Source of the DNA: Tubiluchus corallicola
Taxonomy: Eukaryota > Animalia > Priapulida
Length of the DNA: 64,000 bases
Assembly: GCA_030141605.1 (NCBI GenBank)
Contig: JAQGDQ010000417.1
Location: forward strand, 124,001-188,000
Direction: 5' to 3'
Part shown: positions 1-13,810 of the stretch, piece after piece
How positions within the stretch are numbered: the stretch's first letter is position 1
Layout: each line of letters begins with the position of its first letter
Position numbers and translations under genes: made by a program
Notes under the pieces: generated by a model
Database searches by the model: none
Seen by the model: the letters and a program-made list of their open reading frames with translations, nothing else
Told to the model about the DNA's origin: nothing

Positions 1-425
1 AATGCAACTGTGTGAAAACGTAAATAGACAAATGCAGAAATCAAAAATGAGGCAAAAATAGGAGTGTAGCACACAATGCAAGTTGCTTATAGAGTAAAAA
101 GAAATTCTAGGGTGCAAAAATGTGCATTAAGTAAAAATGCAAACTGGTACCTTATGTGGATTGTGGGGTCCCGTTATGACAGGCTAATAAAAACAAACAA
201 AGAAAAATAGAGATTCGTCTAGAGAAAAACTGGCAGATATACTAGATATATCACAAGAAATTAACTACAATATTTTACAGCGAAAAATTACTGGCAAATA
301 CATTGATTCTACTTTTCATCTTGTTCACTCTGTGGGCTGTTTGGTACCATTACTAGGGTAACAGTAACAACTACATCGCAGCAAAAAGTGTTCTTTCCCG
401 GACAATTAAAAAAAAAAACACATAG

Positions 426-835
426 CAGGGTTCGCACAGAATTTTAAAATACATTTCCATGACTTTTCCCTGACCAAATATTGATTTTCCGAGACCAAGA
501 TAAACAGAAACTGCATTACCAATATACGTAGCCAAACATTTTTCTGTATGGACATTCATACATATACTTATATATAATGTATCGGCCAATCATTATTTTT
601 TGAACAGAAATTGAAACTGCGACCTTGCCATAGCAAAATTTTATTTTAACACGAATCGCTGAAAAATATCGGTTCACGGTGATTATTTTTTAACCTTTTC
701 CAATTTGCATGACTTTTCGTCCCATTTTCATCATTTTCTCTGACTTTTTAACCAAAAAATCTTCCCCCCAACTTTCCCATGACTTTCCAGGACAGCCTGT
801 ATTTTCCAAGATTTTCCCTGACTGTGTGAACCCTG
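426..835. mobile_element. MITE with CAGGGTTC termini (hAT-like)
   Basis: CAGGGTTCGCACAG...CTGTGTGAACCCTG with repeated CCATGACTTT / TTTTCCCTGAC motifs; no clean TSD. Confidence 0.6.
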
Positions 836-1420
836 GCATGGCTTTGCTAAATCGATGATCAAACTGGTAACTTGTGATAAATACAGGATGATTTTCGGAA
901 CAGACACACGTTCTGTTACTGCTTCTCAAGAATTTCTTCAAAAAAAAACAAAAATCTATAAATGTAAAAATAATTGCATGAAGGAGCAACGTTGCATGTA
1001 CGACGGCACGTTTAAAAAAAATGTTCAACAGCATGCAATCAGACAGGCGAAACACGTGACAACACGAAACTGCTGGAAAGCAACTCTTCTCAACAAGGAT
1101 CAAACGCTCCTAAACCAGGGATGAGAATAACAAATTGCAAAAAACTCTGAAACAGGCCGGGGGTTTGGGTGCCGAGTAGGCAGCAACAAATTGCAATTTT
1201 GTGACCATAGAGACCTCTAAGTGGACTTAAAATAACTAACGGTCAGCTTGTGAAATAATGTACTGGGTCCATAAAAATTTTCTCAACGAATTTACGCGAT
1301 TTACAAAAATAGCACTACTGGTCTTCCAAAAACTAGGAATTCCGCGTATCCGCGGAAAATTCTCATCCCTGCTAAGCGCATGTTTCCACTGCAAACCAAT
1401 GTGTATGAAAGGAGCCTTAC

Positions 1421-1582
1421 CCGTGTGAGCGGAGTCATATACGAACTGTGTTCGCTAACGTCTTCAATCATCAGTTCACGTCTGAGTTCTGAATCGCTGC
1501 CAGCTAGCAGCTGATAGAAGATGTGAAAGTTCGGCTCGCCTTCCGGCCGACGTACCACCCTGGATTTCTCAAACATGAAGAC
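1421..1582 (-). CDS. MYO18A: Myosin-XVIIIa motor exon (last one recognised; gene continues past the left edge)
   Basis: [28 protein letters not shown]; ATTCAG acceptor, CGG|GTAAG donor. Confidence 0.9.
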
Positions 1583-2332
1583 CTGAATAAGAGAATACCA
1601 AAAAAAAAATCAATAAAATTATAAGACCAACAGCACCATTGAAGCTGCACTTTCAAAGACACTAAGAAAGAGTTATTACAGCTGCAACAAGGGGGCTCTA
1701 CAATGGACAATCTAAAGTTCATAGAACTATAAAGATTTAAGTTATAAATATACCATAGTTACAAACGTGAACCAATAGATACATATAAACACAAACCCTT
1801 ATAGGGTCACGGGGGGAGGTAAAAAATTACCCCCAGACTGGTTTTTTTGCATTTTACCCTTTTACCATACGCATCCCAGTAAACCTTTTCTATGACTTTT
1901 TCTAAATATGTCTTGTGTACATTGTCTCACCACGAAATAAAAGTGAAAATGCAATATGTCGATTTTTTTAAAATTGTCGAAACTGTACTTCGCTTGTCTA
2001 CATTATATGAGCAATGTATCTGATAAAAAAAATGTCAGTTACTCAAATTACTGCACGTAAAACAAGAAAGTAGTAGACAATGAATTCAAAATAATAATGA
2101 TTTTTGCACACGCGCTAGCAATGTCGGTTGTCTGCAGTTATTCCAGCATAGATAAGGGAACGTAACTAAGTGAATTTAAATTTTGTATTACTAGTAAGTA
2201 ACACGTCTTTAAGCAGAGGTATAAAGTATCCTATGGTGGTCAAATTATGCTGTTGCTGTTTACTAATGAAACACGGCATTTTATCAAAAGTAATTATGGT
2301 GGGGGTAATTTTTCAAGTACGGCCTAATAACG

Positions 2333-2723
2333 ATTTTTTTTGCATCTGACCTGCATACATCATTACTACTACACTCAAAAAACTATTTTAGAAGTTATTA
2401 AAATTTTTATTACAAACCATATATTTCTACTTTCAGGACAGATAGTGGTAATTTCATTACAATGCATATTAGTAATGTGTATCACACAGTCTGTGTAGTA
2501 CAGTGTGATTGAGCTACAACCGTCTTGTAAGGGCTAATGGCATCCGATCTAGTAGAAAAAACTACCCGCACTATCTTTGTGATCGTGGCAAGGACTTCAG
2601 CTGGATACACTCAATTAATCGCCCGGGCCGCACTTTCATTAGGTTGACAAATCCCTTCGAGGGCCGCACAAATTCTCTCGGCGACCCGCAAGTGGTCCGC
2701 GGGCCACAATTTGCACACCCCTG
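2333..2723. mobile_element. Truncated inverted relative of the 17239 hAT element
   Basis: Ends GCACACCCCTG; the interior is reverse-complement similar to 17260-17414 and 17995-18180. Confidence 0.8.
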
Positions 2724-2735
2724 AGTTAAACATAC

Positions 2736-2878
2736 CTGTACAGTGGCAGAAGCAATCTGTCCGGCAGCGTCGAAATCTAACGAAGTGACCTGAGTAAAAC
2801 GGGAAGCATTCGTGTTGAGTGCCGTACGACTGTTGCCAAAAGCCTCCAAAAGTGTTGATGCTGCATTCAATTTCTCGA
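2736..2878 (-). CDS. MYO18A: Myosin-XVIIIa motor exon with switch I
   Basis: (V)[47 protein letters not shown]; phase 1 in and phase 0 out, matching the neighbouring exons. Confidence 0.92.
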
Positions 2879-3732
2879 CTGTAACGGGGTCAAACAGTTA
2901 AAAAATAACAGTCGATAAGATATCTATGCTTTTGGTATTAAAATAACTCTTCCAGTTTGAAATATTAACATGCATTAAAAAACTACATAAATTTGCTTGC
3001 AATAATTAGGCTAATATTGTAAAATCTTTGAACCAAAAACCTTCAAAAAATAGTCCTTTTTCAAAATTTTTATAAACAATGAGCCAGATGCTAGAGGAAA
3101 AATTAGAGAAAATAATACGAATCTTAAGATAAAAGTTATAAAATGATGCCCAGACTGGGATAGAACCCTTGCAGCTTTGATTTGGAAATATTACCATGTC
3201 ACAGAATTTAGGTAAAAGATTTTTGGGCAGCAATATCAGAAGAAATTCCGCAAATTACAAAAACACAAAAACCATTGACACACAGCATGAAAAGTTGACG
3301 TGTTCCACGCAGCTATGCATTCATTTATGTCAGTATGGCATCCTACAAGCTGAAATGCTGAGCTAAGCAGAGCATTTTCAGCATTGTTGCTTGTGGCAAG
3401 ACCAACACCTATTTGCAGAATAATTTAAGCCAATGGTTTAGCTATTAAACTGAGATAGTTACATATATGATCCCTTCTCAGCAAGAGAAATGGTCAGAAA
3501 AATATTTCAAGTTAAACCATACTCGAACAGTTTTATCGGTAGTCGGTTATCCATCTACTAAACAGATTCAATATTACTTAACTTTGCAGCCAAGCACACA
3601 CCACAACTACTCAGGCGTGTTCTCACTACTTTAACTAAATATCATACGTTATGTTGTTGTTAGCTAACTTAATCAAAACGCATTAATTTTGCTTGAAACG
3701 TTCTTTTACTACATTTTTGCGCAACTGATTAC

Positions 3733-3943
3733 CTGTCAGTATTTTGTTCACACTGCCTGCGGCGACGGCAAGATAATGGAGACAGTGACGGGCGTTCGTC
3801 GTCTTCCCACTTCCGCTACGACCCATGAAGATGACGGACTGATCACGATGTGTCGTAACCATGGTGTGGTAAGCTTTCTGCACGGTGGCGTATATGTGCG
3901 GAGGCATGTCTTCCCTCTTACAGCCTTTCAACATCTGAATTAC
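3733..3943 (-). CDS. MYO18A: Myosin-XVIIIa motor exon with P-loop
   Basis: VIQMLKGCKREDMPPHIYA...DQSVIFMGRSGSGKT; TTCTAG acceptor, phase-1 donor G|GTAAT. Confidence 0.92.
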
Positions 3944-4467
3944 CTAGAAACAAAGAAATGTGACAAATTAAGACTAAAAGTCATGAACAAGTACTGACAA
4001 TAGACACATGAGTTTGAATGCAACCCAGAGAGAGACAGGGAGAGGGAGAGGAGAGGGAAGTAAACAAGATGATGGGATGTTGTAGGTTCAAGTCATACCA
4101 AAGCCTTAAAAAATTATACCACCGGTTCTTCGACCAAACACACAGGTTTATTGAAGTAGCATGTTGGTAATAATAATTGGGACCAGCTTGGAAATAAGTA
4201 CTGAATTACTTTAGGTGCTATCCTTGGACTGTGCCCTAAGCGAAATTATTATTATTATAGAGGCCTATAATTTTAACACTGTCATTTATACAACTTTTTG
4301 CATATCAGCATTGTGCTACACTTACAATGTTTTTTTATTGATTTGCAATATCTGCTTTTTACATAATACAGGTGGGATTAACACCTGTTAATATGGGTAA
4401 ATTCTGATGCAAACGAGGTTGTGTTCAAACTTGTGCATCTATTGGTAGTACTTCTGCATGACTCCGT

Positions 4468-4617
<150 letters not shown>

Positions 4618-4934
4618 GAATAAAACTCATAAAACATTTACTTTATATGATTTTTGCCTCTGAAACGTATCTGAATTCTTTTACATTACTTTCTACGGAA
4701 GTTTCGGTTTCGTTTAACGACGTTTTGCTTAACGTCGCATTTTGCTGGAAAGCATTAGCGTCGTTAAGCGAGGACTTACTGTACACGCAAAACCACAAAA
4801 GAATCAGACAGAAACCGTGACAATTTACAGAAAAATCATTTATAAAGCACTTAAAAACACAAAATAATGCGCAGATTCGGACACTTGGTACAAGATTAAA
4901 CAGTACTGATATGTGTCTAACAGACTATACTCAC

Positions 4935-5111
4935 CTTTTCTGAATAGACTGACAGGGGATGCATCGGGTTAATAATACACATTACGGGACCAGCGTAGGT
5001 GTGTACTAGATTGCACCCGTATCTCTGGCGCAGCGTATGGAGCATGCTCGACTCATTGAGATAATTCAATTGCACTAGGTCCTCAACACGATCTAACGAA
5101 GGAAGGTTCGC
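4935..5111 (-). CDS. MYO18A: Myosin-XVIIIa motor domain exon
   Basis: [42 protein letters not shown]...INP is the myosin motor start. AG/GT boundaries, phase 0/0. Confidence 0.92.
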
Positions 5112-5975
5112 CTGAAATATTAACACAATAACACGAGGCTGAAAAGTTTGTAATAAAATCAACGTATTGTTTCAAAAACTGAAAACTCAAATTTATCATC
5201 GCAGATTACAAGTTACAGATTCTCAGAAGCAAAAAAGCTGATTGGTTTATATTGTAGGAATGTGTTAACCGAATGATATTTAGTCAATTGTTACATGCGT
5301 AGTTGAATACTTCCACAGATGAGCAAATTACGGTGCATAAAAATGCTCCCAAAAAGTAAATTTATGACGAAAAACGGCTTCCAGGCCAAGAGGTTTTTCA
5401 CAATGTAGGCAACTATTTGAGCCATTAAAATTTTGACGATATTTGGCCTTAATAAGGCCTGGTACGCCTTCCAAATCCTGTAAAAACATGCCACAGAAAT
5501 CCAGTGTTGTTTTAGTGCTGTTTTGGATGCACTAAAGACAATCAGAAGTTCCAAGAAAAAGACTGTCAGAAGACTTGAAACATTAGAGTGTTCATTTAAC
5601 AAATAACACTGGCCTTGACTTGATTGTCAATATTTGCTGAACAACCGATACTCAAAAAACAAATGGGTAAAACTTTCTCAACATCGTCCTTATTTAATGC
5701 ATAACCAAGAGTTCTTGTAATCGTGTGTTTATTAAACTTATAAATAACGTACTTACTCACTGAAAGGCTTTTATACAGGCTATACCTGTTAGCTAATCAG
5801 CATTTGATTAAATGCCCATTGTTTTTTTATTATTATAAATGTACTTATGATTGTATTGTTTCTTATCAAATAAAAATATTGCTAAACTAATATTTGCTGA
5901 ATGCGTCATGAAAAGCAAAAGTAAACCTACAAACATGAATCATTATTGCCCCTGCATATATAAATGATGACCCAC

Positions 5976-6164
5976 CTTTTCCACATCTTCATCATCAACA
6001 TCCAGCGTTTCGGCGTGATGTACGGGAAGTATCCGCACCTTACCCTCTGGTATGCCACCAGTGTGCACTTTACTTGCTAGTGTGAACCCGCCTTTATGTA
6101 CTAGCCACACGTTGTCGGCTTCCTGCCAAGACTGTTCTTCGTGGAGTTGTGCGTCTGATTTTGC
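5976..6164 (-). CDS. MYO18A: Myosin-XVIIIa exon (SH3-like segment before the motor)
   Basis: Not in the ORF track. TTTCAG|...|GTGGG, 189 nt, translating AKSDAQLHEEQSWQEADNVWLVHKGGFTLAS...PEGKVRI...LDVDDEDVEK, which matches MYO18A VWLVH..GF...PEGKVR...DVDEDDVEK. Confidence 0.9.
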
Positions 6165-6504
6165 CTGAAACGATCACAAAAGTAAGTGTTTTTTGCGAGA
6201 GCACGACTATCGTTGATGCCCACCCGCAGTTATCTTCATGTTAAATTGTCAAAAGATGGCACCACACATTCTGCATAATAGACAATGAAGAAGTGTTCGC
6301 AATAGTAATGCTACCCTCAAAGAAAGTCATTATTCATTAAATTAATAAACTAGTGTATGTAATCAAGGAAACAGAAGGTTAACAAGGAAATGAATATTAC
6401 TAATTAATCTATGCAAATTTTTCCATACGTATGTGTAAATGCAGAATGAAAAACTTCTATTAACACGTTGTCATTGTGCAAAGCATGAATCTATGTAGTA
6501 AAGT

Positions 6505-6870
6505 CAAGGGTAAAAAAGGCAGAGGAAAAAAGGCATAGGAAAAGGGTATAGAAAAAAGGAATAGAAAAAAGGCATAGGAAAAAGGCATAAGAAAAAAGGA
6601 TAGGAAAAAAGGCATAGAAAAAAAGGCATCAGAAAAAAGGCATAGGAAAAAAATGCATAGGAAAAAGGCTTAGGAAAAAAGGCATAGCAAAAAAGGCCAT
6701 AGGAAAAAAGGCATAGAAAAAAGTCATAGGAAAAAGGCATAGAAAAAAGGCATAGAAAAAGGCATAGAAAAAAGGCATAGAAAAAGGCATAGAAAGAAGG
6801 CATAGAAAGAAGGCATAGGAAAGAAGGCATAGAAAAAAGCATAGGAAAAAAGGCATAGGAAAAAAGTCAC
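6505..6870. repeat. About 13-bp minisatellite (AAAAAAGGCATAG)n
   Basis: Seen directly. Confidence 0.9.
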
Positions 6871-8320
6871 TTGAAAACATAACCCTAAGTATAACCCTGA
6901 GATATTAAACAAAATGTGGTTTTTTTAACATACATGTAATGCCATCATAGATAAATAGTAAATTGTCAACATGTACTGCCAGTTAATAACTGATTTAAAA
7001 TATTTTCTGTTTCATTACTTATATTGTTTATGGTAGTTAAATAAATTGTGACTGACTTGAATATGTTAATTTCATTACCTGACATTCGGTCCTAACCAAA
7101 ATTGTACTTTTTCCTAGGTAATGACAATGACAATGACAAAACCAACAATGATTTTCTAGTTTAATTGCTGGACATTATCTTTTCTTTGTTATGAACGCAA
7201 AATTTATATATTTGACATTACTGCTAATAAGTTAAATTGAATTGAAACCGCTTCATTTTAAAGAGCTCCATATTGCAGTTTTTCAGCGTGTTTGTGTCTC
7301 CACAGCCCCAAGGAAAAGTCTATTGATATGAACAAGCAGAAAGCCTAATTGTAACTGCATGGCTAGAAGGCTTTTAAGAGTCAATCACAAAGTCATACAT
7401 GTTACATGATAAATATTCATGACAATACTGTACAGGAACAAGCACAAGAACAGCAAATGCTGCCCCTCATTTGACATTCAAAACGCCTTCCAGCAATTTG
7501 GACGATGAGGGGTTTTGAGAGTTCGTTTCCTAGCTAGAGGAATGTGGGACAGTAGGCTAGCTAGCTGAAGTGAAGTTTATTCAACTTAAAATGAAGTTGA
7601 ATAAACTTTTTACGGTTATTTCACACATCCACATCTCGCGTCAATACCAGCCATACAATTTTAAAAGTTTGCACTTATATGGACAGTGAAGAATGCGCAC
7701 AGGTGACAAAAAATATTTACAACCCCCCCCCCCCCCATTGTGTTGCCATGTACGAAAATTCTAATTTCACTTTTCCAGTCATTATTTGAAAAATTAATAC
7801 AACAAATGCACCGTGGGATAGATTGCACATGTAACAATTAAATTAAAAACGGGTAAAAACATCATTAAAGCATGATAAGCATTCTTTAAGCAACAGAACG
7901 GTTTCACATTAGATTTCTGTCTGTCATTAAATAGTTCTTAATTCAACTTCTAAAGTTACACAAATGACCACTAATCTAAGACTAAAGTACAAGGTCATAA
8001 AGACGTCATGCTAAAATTTTGTAGTTTTAGCAGTTTTTTCCTGCGGGCATCGGCTATTTGGAATTCATTGTTAACACATTGTTTTCGTTCTTTCTTTCTT
8101 TAAGTTTAACAAAAATATCAAGAGGTAGAACTCTGCTTACTCCGCTGCTTAATTAAACAGCTGAACTTCTTTTTAAAATGCCACATTTTGGGCCCTTCTC
8201 CCCTAAACCCCATAAAAAACAAACAAAAAACACATCAAACATTTCAAGCAAAAATCACGATGCACAAAGAAAACAACAAGGTGCACAGAATGACGATCAA
8301 CTGCAGTTCACCAAAAATTA

Positions 8321-8776
8321 CTTAGCAGCTGTGGAGTTTACAAACTAATCGTTTAAAACTGGCTTAGCAGTTGTGGAGTTTACAAACTAATCGTTAAAAC
8401 TGGCTTAGCAGTTGTGGAGTTTACAAACTAATCGTTAAAACTGGCTTAGCAGTTGTGGAGTTTACAAACTAATCGTTAAAACTGGCTTAGCAGCTGTGGA
8501 GTTTACAAACTAATCGTTAAAACTGGCTTAGCAGTTGTGGAGTTTACAAACTAATCGTTAAAACTGGCTTAGCAGCTGCGGAGTTTACAAACTAATCGTT
8601 AAAACTGGCTTAGCAGTTGTGGAGTTTACAAACTAATCGTTAAAACTGGCTTAGCAGTTGTGGAGTTTACAAACTAATCGTTAAAACTGGCTTAGCAGTT
8701 GTGGAGTTTACAAACTAATCGTTAAAACTGGCTTAGCAGCTGTGGAGTTTACAAACTAATCGTTTAAAACTGGCTT
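8321..8776. repeat. 41-bp minisatellite, about 11 copies
   Basis: CTTAGCAGTTGTGGAGTTTACAAACTAATCGTTAAAACTGG, head to tail. Confidence 0.92.
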
Positions 8777-9064
8777 TTGTTTTCAGTTCTTAAATCCTAA
8801 TTCGTAGAACACTGAATGAAACAGAGCTTCTCTAGTCAACAAAATTTGAATATTCACGCAAAACGTATACATGAGAAAAGATTGTGCAAACTTAAGAATT
8901 AAGAAAAAAAAGGAAGCATAAAACAGAAGATTAAAATGTGAGCATAACAATTTACAATACAACGAAAATGAATGTATTAAAGGTGAATTAGCTTAGTGAG
9001 TAATGAAAACATCATTAGGCCTACTATTGCAGCCAAGTATACATAGCTATCAGGAAATTAAATT

Positions 9065-9288
9065 GAATTTGAATTGAATTTATTACTAGTTTTACCACGA
9101 CCATACAAGTTTACAATGATAATTTACACAGAAAGCACTAAATGAACACGAATTTTGACATAGAAAAAACATTAATATAAAATTTTCATTGAAGCTATTG
9201 GTATGCCTGTGGACAGCACCAGGAAGAAAATGTTGTGTTGGTGATACCGAAATCAATGGTAAATTTGAGAAACAGAAATGCATTAAAT

Positions 9289-9336
<48 letters not shown>

Positions 9337-9340
9337 CACT
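9065..9340. repeat. Interspersed repeat ending in a (CT)n tract, copy 1
   Basis: About 230 bp shared with 31610-31832, and both run into CT microsatellites. Confidence 0.8.
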
Positions 9341-9910
9341 CACCCACTCTCTTTCACTTACTCATCCTCTTTCTCTCACTCGTTCACTCTCATTCACTCT
9401 TTCTCCCTCTCCTCCCCCCTTTCTCTCTCTCTCTCTCGACAGCAAAACTAGCCTTGAAAGCCCATAATTATTTAAAAAATAAACTTTAAAAACAAAAATT
9501 GAAACAAATTTACTAAACGCATTTTTCGTCTTTTACGACTTCATTTCTTCCTGCTTTGGAGTAAAAAAAGATGGCCGTAATTCTACAGCTGTCTTTGAAC
9601 TCAACAGCAACAGCAGGCAACAGCCAAACACTTGGACAAATAAACATCGAACACTGAGCACTTTACTCAAGAAAACCATGATGTAAAGATTAAGTCAGCT
9701 ATCAAAGCTGTCATATTATTCTATGAATTATTTACACAGCAGAGCAATTATGATATTCCACAGACAACAGTAAGAGATCAATAAATATGTGATGGAATCT
9801 TGGTTGGTCTGATGTTTGCAGGTACAGTACATAAACGCTTTATTATTAAGGAAATAAATACAATGTATCCGTGTGCTGTTAGACTCGAGGAGGCTGTCTA
9901 ACAGAAAGCA

Positions 9911-10218
<308 letters not shown>

Positions 10219-10653
10219 GGAGGAATTATGAGAAGGACATGTAAAGAAAAACTGTATATACACAGTGATGGTGTTAAATGAAATCCAGTAATTTCCAACT
10301 GTAATTCCATCAAACTTTTAAAATACTAAATTTTGAAACTGTCATGTCAGTTAATGTTAATAGGACAAAGTAGAAGCAAATAGCAAAAGAGAAGCTGGTT
10401 TCTGTTGCTTGCAGTTTATTTCCAGTGGATGGCGCCACACAAACGTTGTACACTATTCAATAGAAAAGAGTTGATACCATACTCAATGAATGAATTAAAA
10501 AGGCAATTATTGCTAATTATAGAGGAAACTGTCACATAATTTCACTGTTAATCATGGGGTTCACACTGCAGATGAACTAAATGGGCACATGTTAACTTCT
10601 TAAGATATTTAACTGAACTACACTGTTTATTAATGAGTAAGGCTAGTTCTCAA

Positions 10654-11200
10654 ATGCAATGTAAACTAGTACAAGTATTAGTCAGCTGTACCTGTACAGT
10701 TTACAAAGGCATACACTCATATCTCGATTTGCCGGACCTCACTTTTATGGATATCGGAAGAATCGGACAAAATCTGGACCGCTAAAAAGTCCGCATAATA
10801 GGGACATAGTCCGTTGTTTTGCGGGCTGACCGCTAGCTGGCGGGGTGTCACTTGTTTACATCTTTACAGTCGGTGTAACCACGTGTATATCTCTATATAC
10901 AAAAACATAGAGACAATTATGCGGAGTTATATGAGTCAATTGCCGACAGTTTTTACATACTTTTGCATAGGAGCAGCCACATACTAGACGTTTTAGAGAC
11001 AATCAGACAACTGATGCTACATTACTGTGAGTCTAATACACGGCGCCTACTGTACTATAGCTTAGTATCGGTAAATAAGGACAATCGCCAAATTCGGAAT
11101 GACGACTCCGTGCTTTCGTCCGGGAAACCGACATATGAGTGTATGCCTTTGTAAACTGTACAGGTACGCTGACTAATGCTTGCACTAGTTTACATTGCAT
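10654..11200. mobile_element. Foldback/MITE with about 68-bp inverted arms
   Basis: 10654-10721 is a near-perfect reverse complement of 11134-11200; the interior resembles a fragment at about 28977-29045. Confidence 0.75.
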
Positions 11201-11434
11201 GTTTACTATTATTTACAATACCAATAATTCCAAAACGACAATCGCAAGTGAAAATTGACGTATTTGCAAAACATGAATGGGTTATTCAAACACGAGAGCG
11301 TTTTTGTGTGATAATATTTGCACAGCAAAAGTACGAGAATGTTAATTATAGGTCAAACAAAGACGACTTCTTCACACCAGGTGAGGTATTTGTAAAAGCT
11401 TTGAATTGCCATGGTAATAAAGAGATTTGTAGGT

Positions 11435-12727
11435 GAGAGTCTGTAACCACGGTCTTACTGTTAGAAACGAAGCAAGAACTGCTCGATGATTTGTTAAGGG
11501 TGAGTCTGTTACCACGGTCTTAAGGTTAGAAACCAAGCAAGGACTGCTCGAAGATTTGTTAAGGGTGTGAGTCTGTAACCACGGTCTTAAGGTTAGAAAC
11601 CAAGCAAGGACTGCTCGAAGATTTGTTAAGTGCGAGTCTGTAACCACGGTCTTAAGGTTAGAAACCAAGCAAGAACTGCTCGATGATTTATTAAGGGTGA
11701 GTCTGTTACCACGGTCTTAAGGTTAGAAACCAAGCAAGGACTGCTCGAAGATTTGTTAAGGGTGTGAGTCTGTAACCACGGTTTTAATGTTAGAAACCAA
11801 GCAAGGACTGCTCGAAGATTTGTTAAGTGCGAGTCTGTAACCACGGTCTTAAGGTTAGAAACCAAGCAAGAACTGCTCGAAGATCTGTTAAGGGTGAGTT
11901 TGTAGCCACGGTCTTAAGGCTAGAAAGCTAGCAAGAACTGCTCAAAGATTTGTTATGTGTGAGTCTGTAACCACGGTCTTAAGGTTAGAAACCGAGCAAG
12001 AACTGCTCGAAGATTTGTTAAGGGTGAGTCTGTAACCACGGTCTTAAGGCTAGAAACCAAGCAAGAACTGCTCGAAGATTTGTTAAGGGTGAGTCTGTAG
12101 CCACGGTCTTAAGGCTAGAAAGCTAGCAAGAACTGCTCAAGGATTTGTTATGTGCGAGTCTGTAACCACGGTCTTAAGGTTAGAAACCAAGCAAGAACTG
12201 CTGGAAGATTTGTTAAGAGTGAGTCTGTAACCACGGTCTTAAGGCTAGAAACCAAGCAAGAACTGCTGGAAGATTTGTTAAGAGTGCGTCTGTAACCACG
12301 GTCTTAAGGTTAGAAACCAAGCAAGAACTGCTTGAAGATTTGTTAAGAGCGAGTCTGTAACCACGGTCTTAAGATTAGAAACCAAGCAAGAACTGCTCGA
12401 AGATTTGTTAAGGGTGAGTCTGTAACCACGGTCTTAAGGCTAGAAAGCTAGCAAGAACTGCTCAAAGATTTGTTATGTGCGAGTCTGTAACCACGGTCTT
12501 AAGGTTAGAAACCAAGCAAGAACTGCTCGAAGATTTGTTAAGAGCGAGTCTGTAACCACGGTCTTAAGATTAGAAACCAAGCAAGAACTGCTCGAAGATT
12601 TGTTAAGGGTGAGTCTGTAGCCACGGTCTTAAGGCTAGAAACCAAGCAAGAACTGCTTGGAGATTTGTTAGTGCGAGTCTGTTAGCACGATCTTAAGGTT
12701 AGAAACCAAGCAAGAACTGCTCAAAGA
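11435..12727. repeat. About 65-bp minisatellite, about 20 copies
   Basis: GAGTCTGTAACCACGGTCTTAAGGTTAGAAACCAAGCAAGAACTGCTCGAAGATTTGTTAAGGGT. Confidence 0.92.
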
Positions 12728-13810
12728 CTGACACACTAAGGTTTCAAATACGGCCAAATAAAAGTAGCCTAGAAAATCTACTTTTTAATGAATGACAAAT
12801 TGTATGAATGCAGGAACCCGCTTCTCTTAATATACAGAATGATATTTTGTGAGCAAAAATTTAGGTTAGTAAGGGAATGCTCAGCTCTAGACAATGGCTA
12901 TGCCCAAGATCAAAACAGTTAGACCAAAATAAAGACTACGGCAGCTTTTAAGGGTAAAAACAATTACCAAATTTACAACTTCTAAAACCAAAACCACACC
13001 AAGATCAAGACCAAAAAATTACTTTTTGTTAGATAAGCATAAAAACATGCATAATATATACATATTTTATAGTCAAATTTTCGTGTAGGAGGTATACGTA
13101 TATTTTAAATTAAATTATTTAAGCTGCATAAAAATGCCGTTTAAAACGTGTATTTTAAAGTATAGTTAAGAAAATGCATGGGTGTTACCAAAACTGAAAT
13201 TACAAACATAAACCGAAATTGGGATTTAGGAAACTTAGGAAACCGAAATCATATTTGCAAGCAAAAAACCAACTGTTATCAAAACTGAAAAAATTCTGAA
13301 ACAAATAAAATACTTTGTCCTTGCTTGTTTGCTTATATTTTTCACTGATACAAGTTTGATTGAAGTAACTAGGTAAAAAATCCTAACCAAACAAGTAGAA
13401 CAATTTTTATGGTTAAACATCTTCAAGCTTCAGAAAAAACAGTCAAATTTTATTTTGTAAACTATAAAATTAAACTTGGTTTTATTCAAATTATGCTTTG
13501 ATATTTTGATTGTGCCTGGTGGTAAAGCTTTACATTCGTCAGCACTGAAGATATGCCACATATGCCACATTCAAATCATGCTACAAATGGTATGAAAATT
13601 TAAATAAACAACATTTATGCTTTATTTGAAACATTTTAAGCAAAATTTTTCAGCGATTTTTAACATCTAAAAAATAAGGTAAGCTGGATAAATACTACTA
13701 AAACCTCGGAAAAATGCTACCAAAAGTTTCGGCTAGGAAACATGATAATTTTCGACAAAAATGAAACTCAAACGAAAGTGAATTATCGACAAAAACAAAA
13801 ACATTCTCAC

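Noticed and set aside
690-1124. 137-aa and 89-aa ORFs as further myosin exons
   Set aside because: No myosin-like sequence, and the longer ORF overlaps a MITE.
1790-2315. Possible MITE bounded by AAAAATTACCCCC / GGGGGTAATTTTT
   Set aside because: The inverted motif is real, but termini and TSD could not be defined, and the right side is interrupted by the hAT fragment.
6504-6912. Phe-rich hydrophobic ORFs
   Set aside because: Artefacts of the 13-bp minisatellite.
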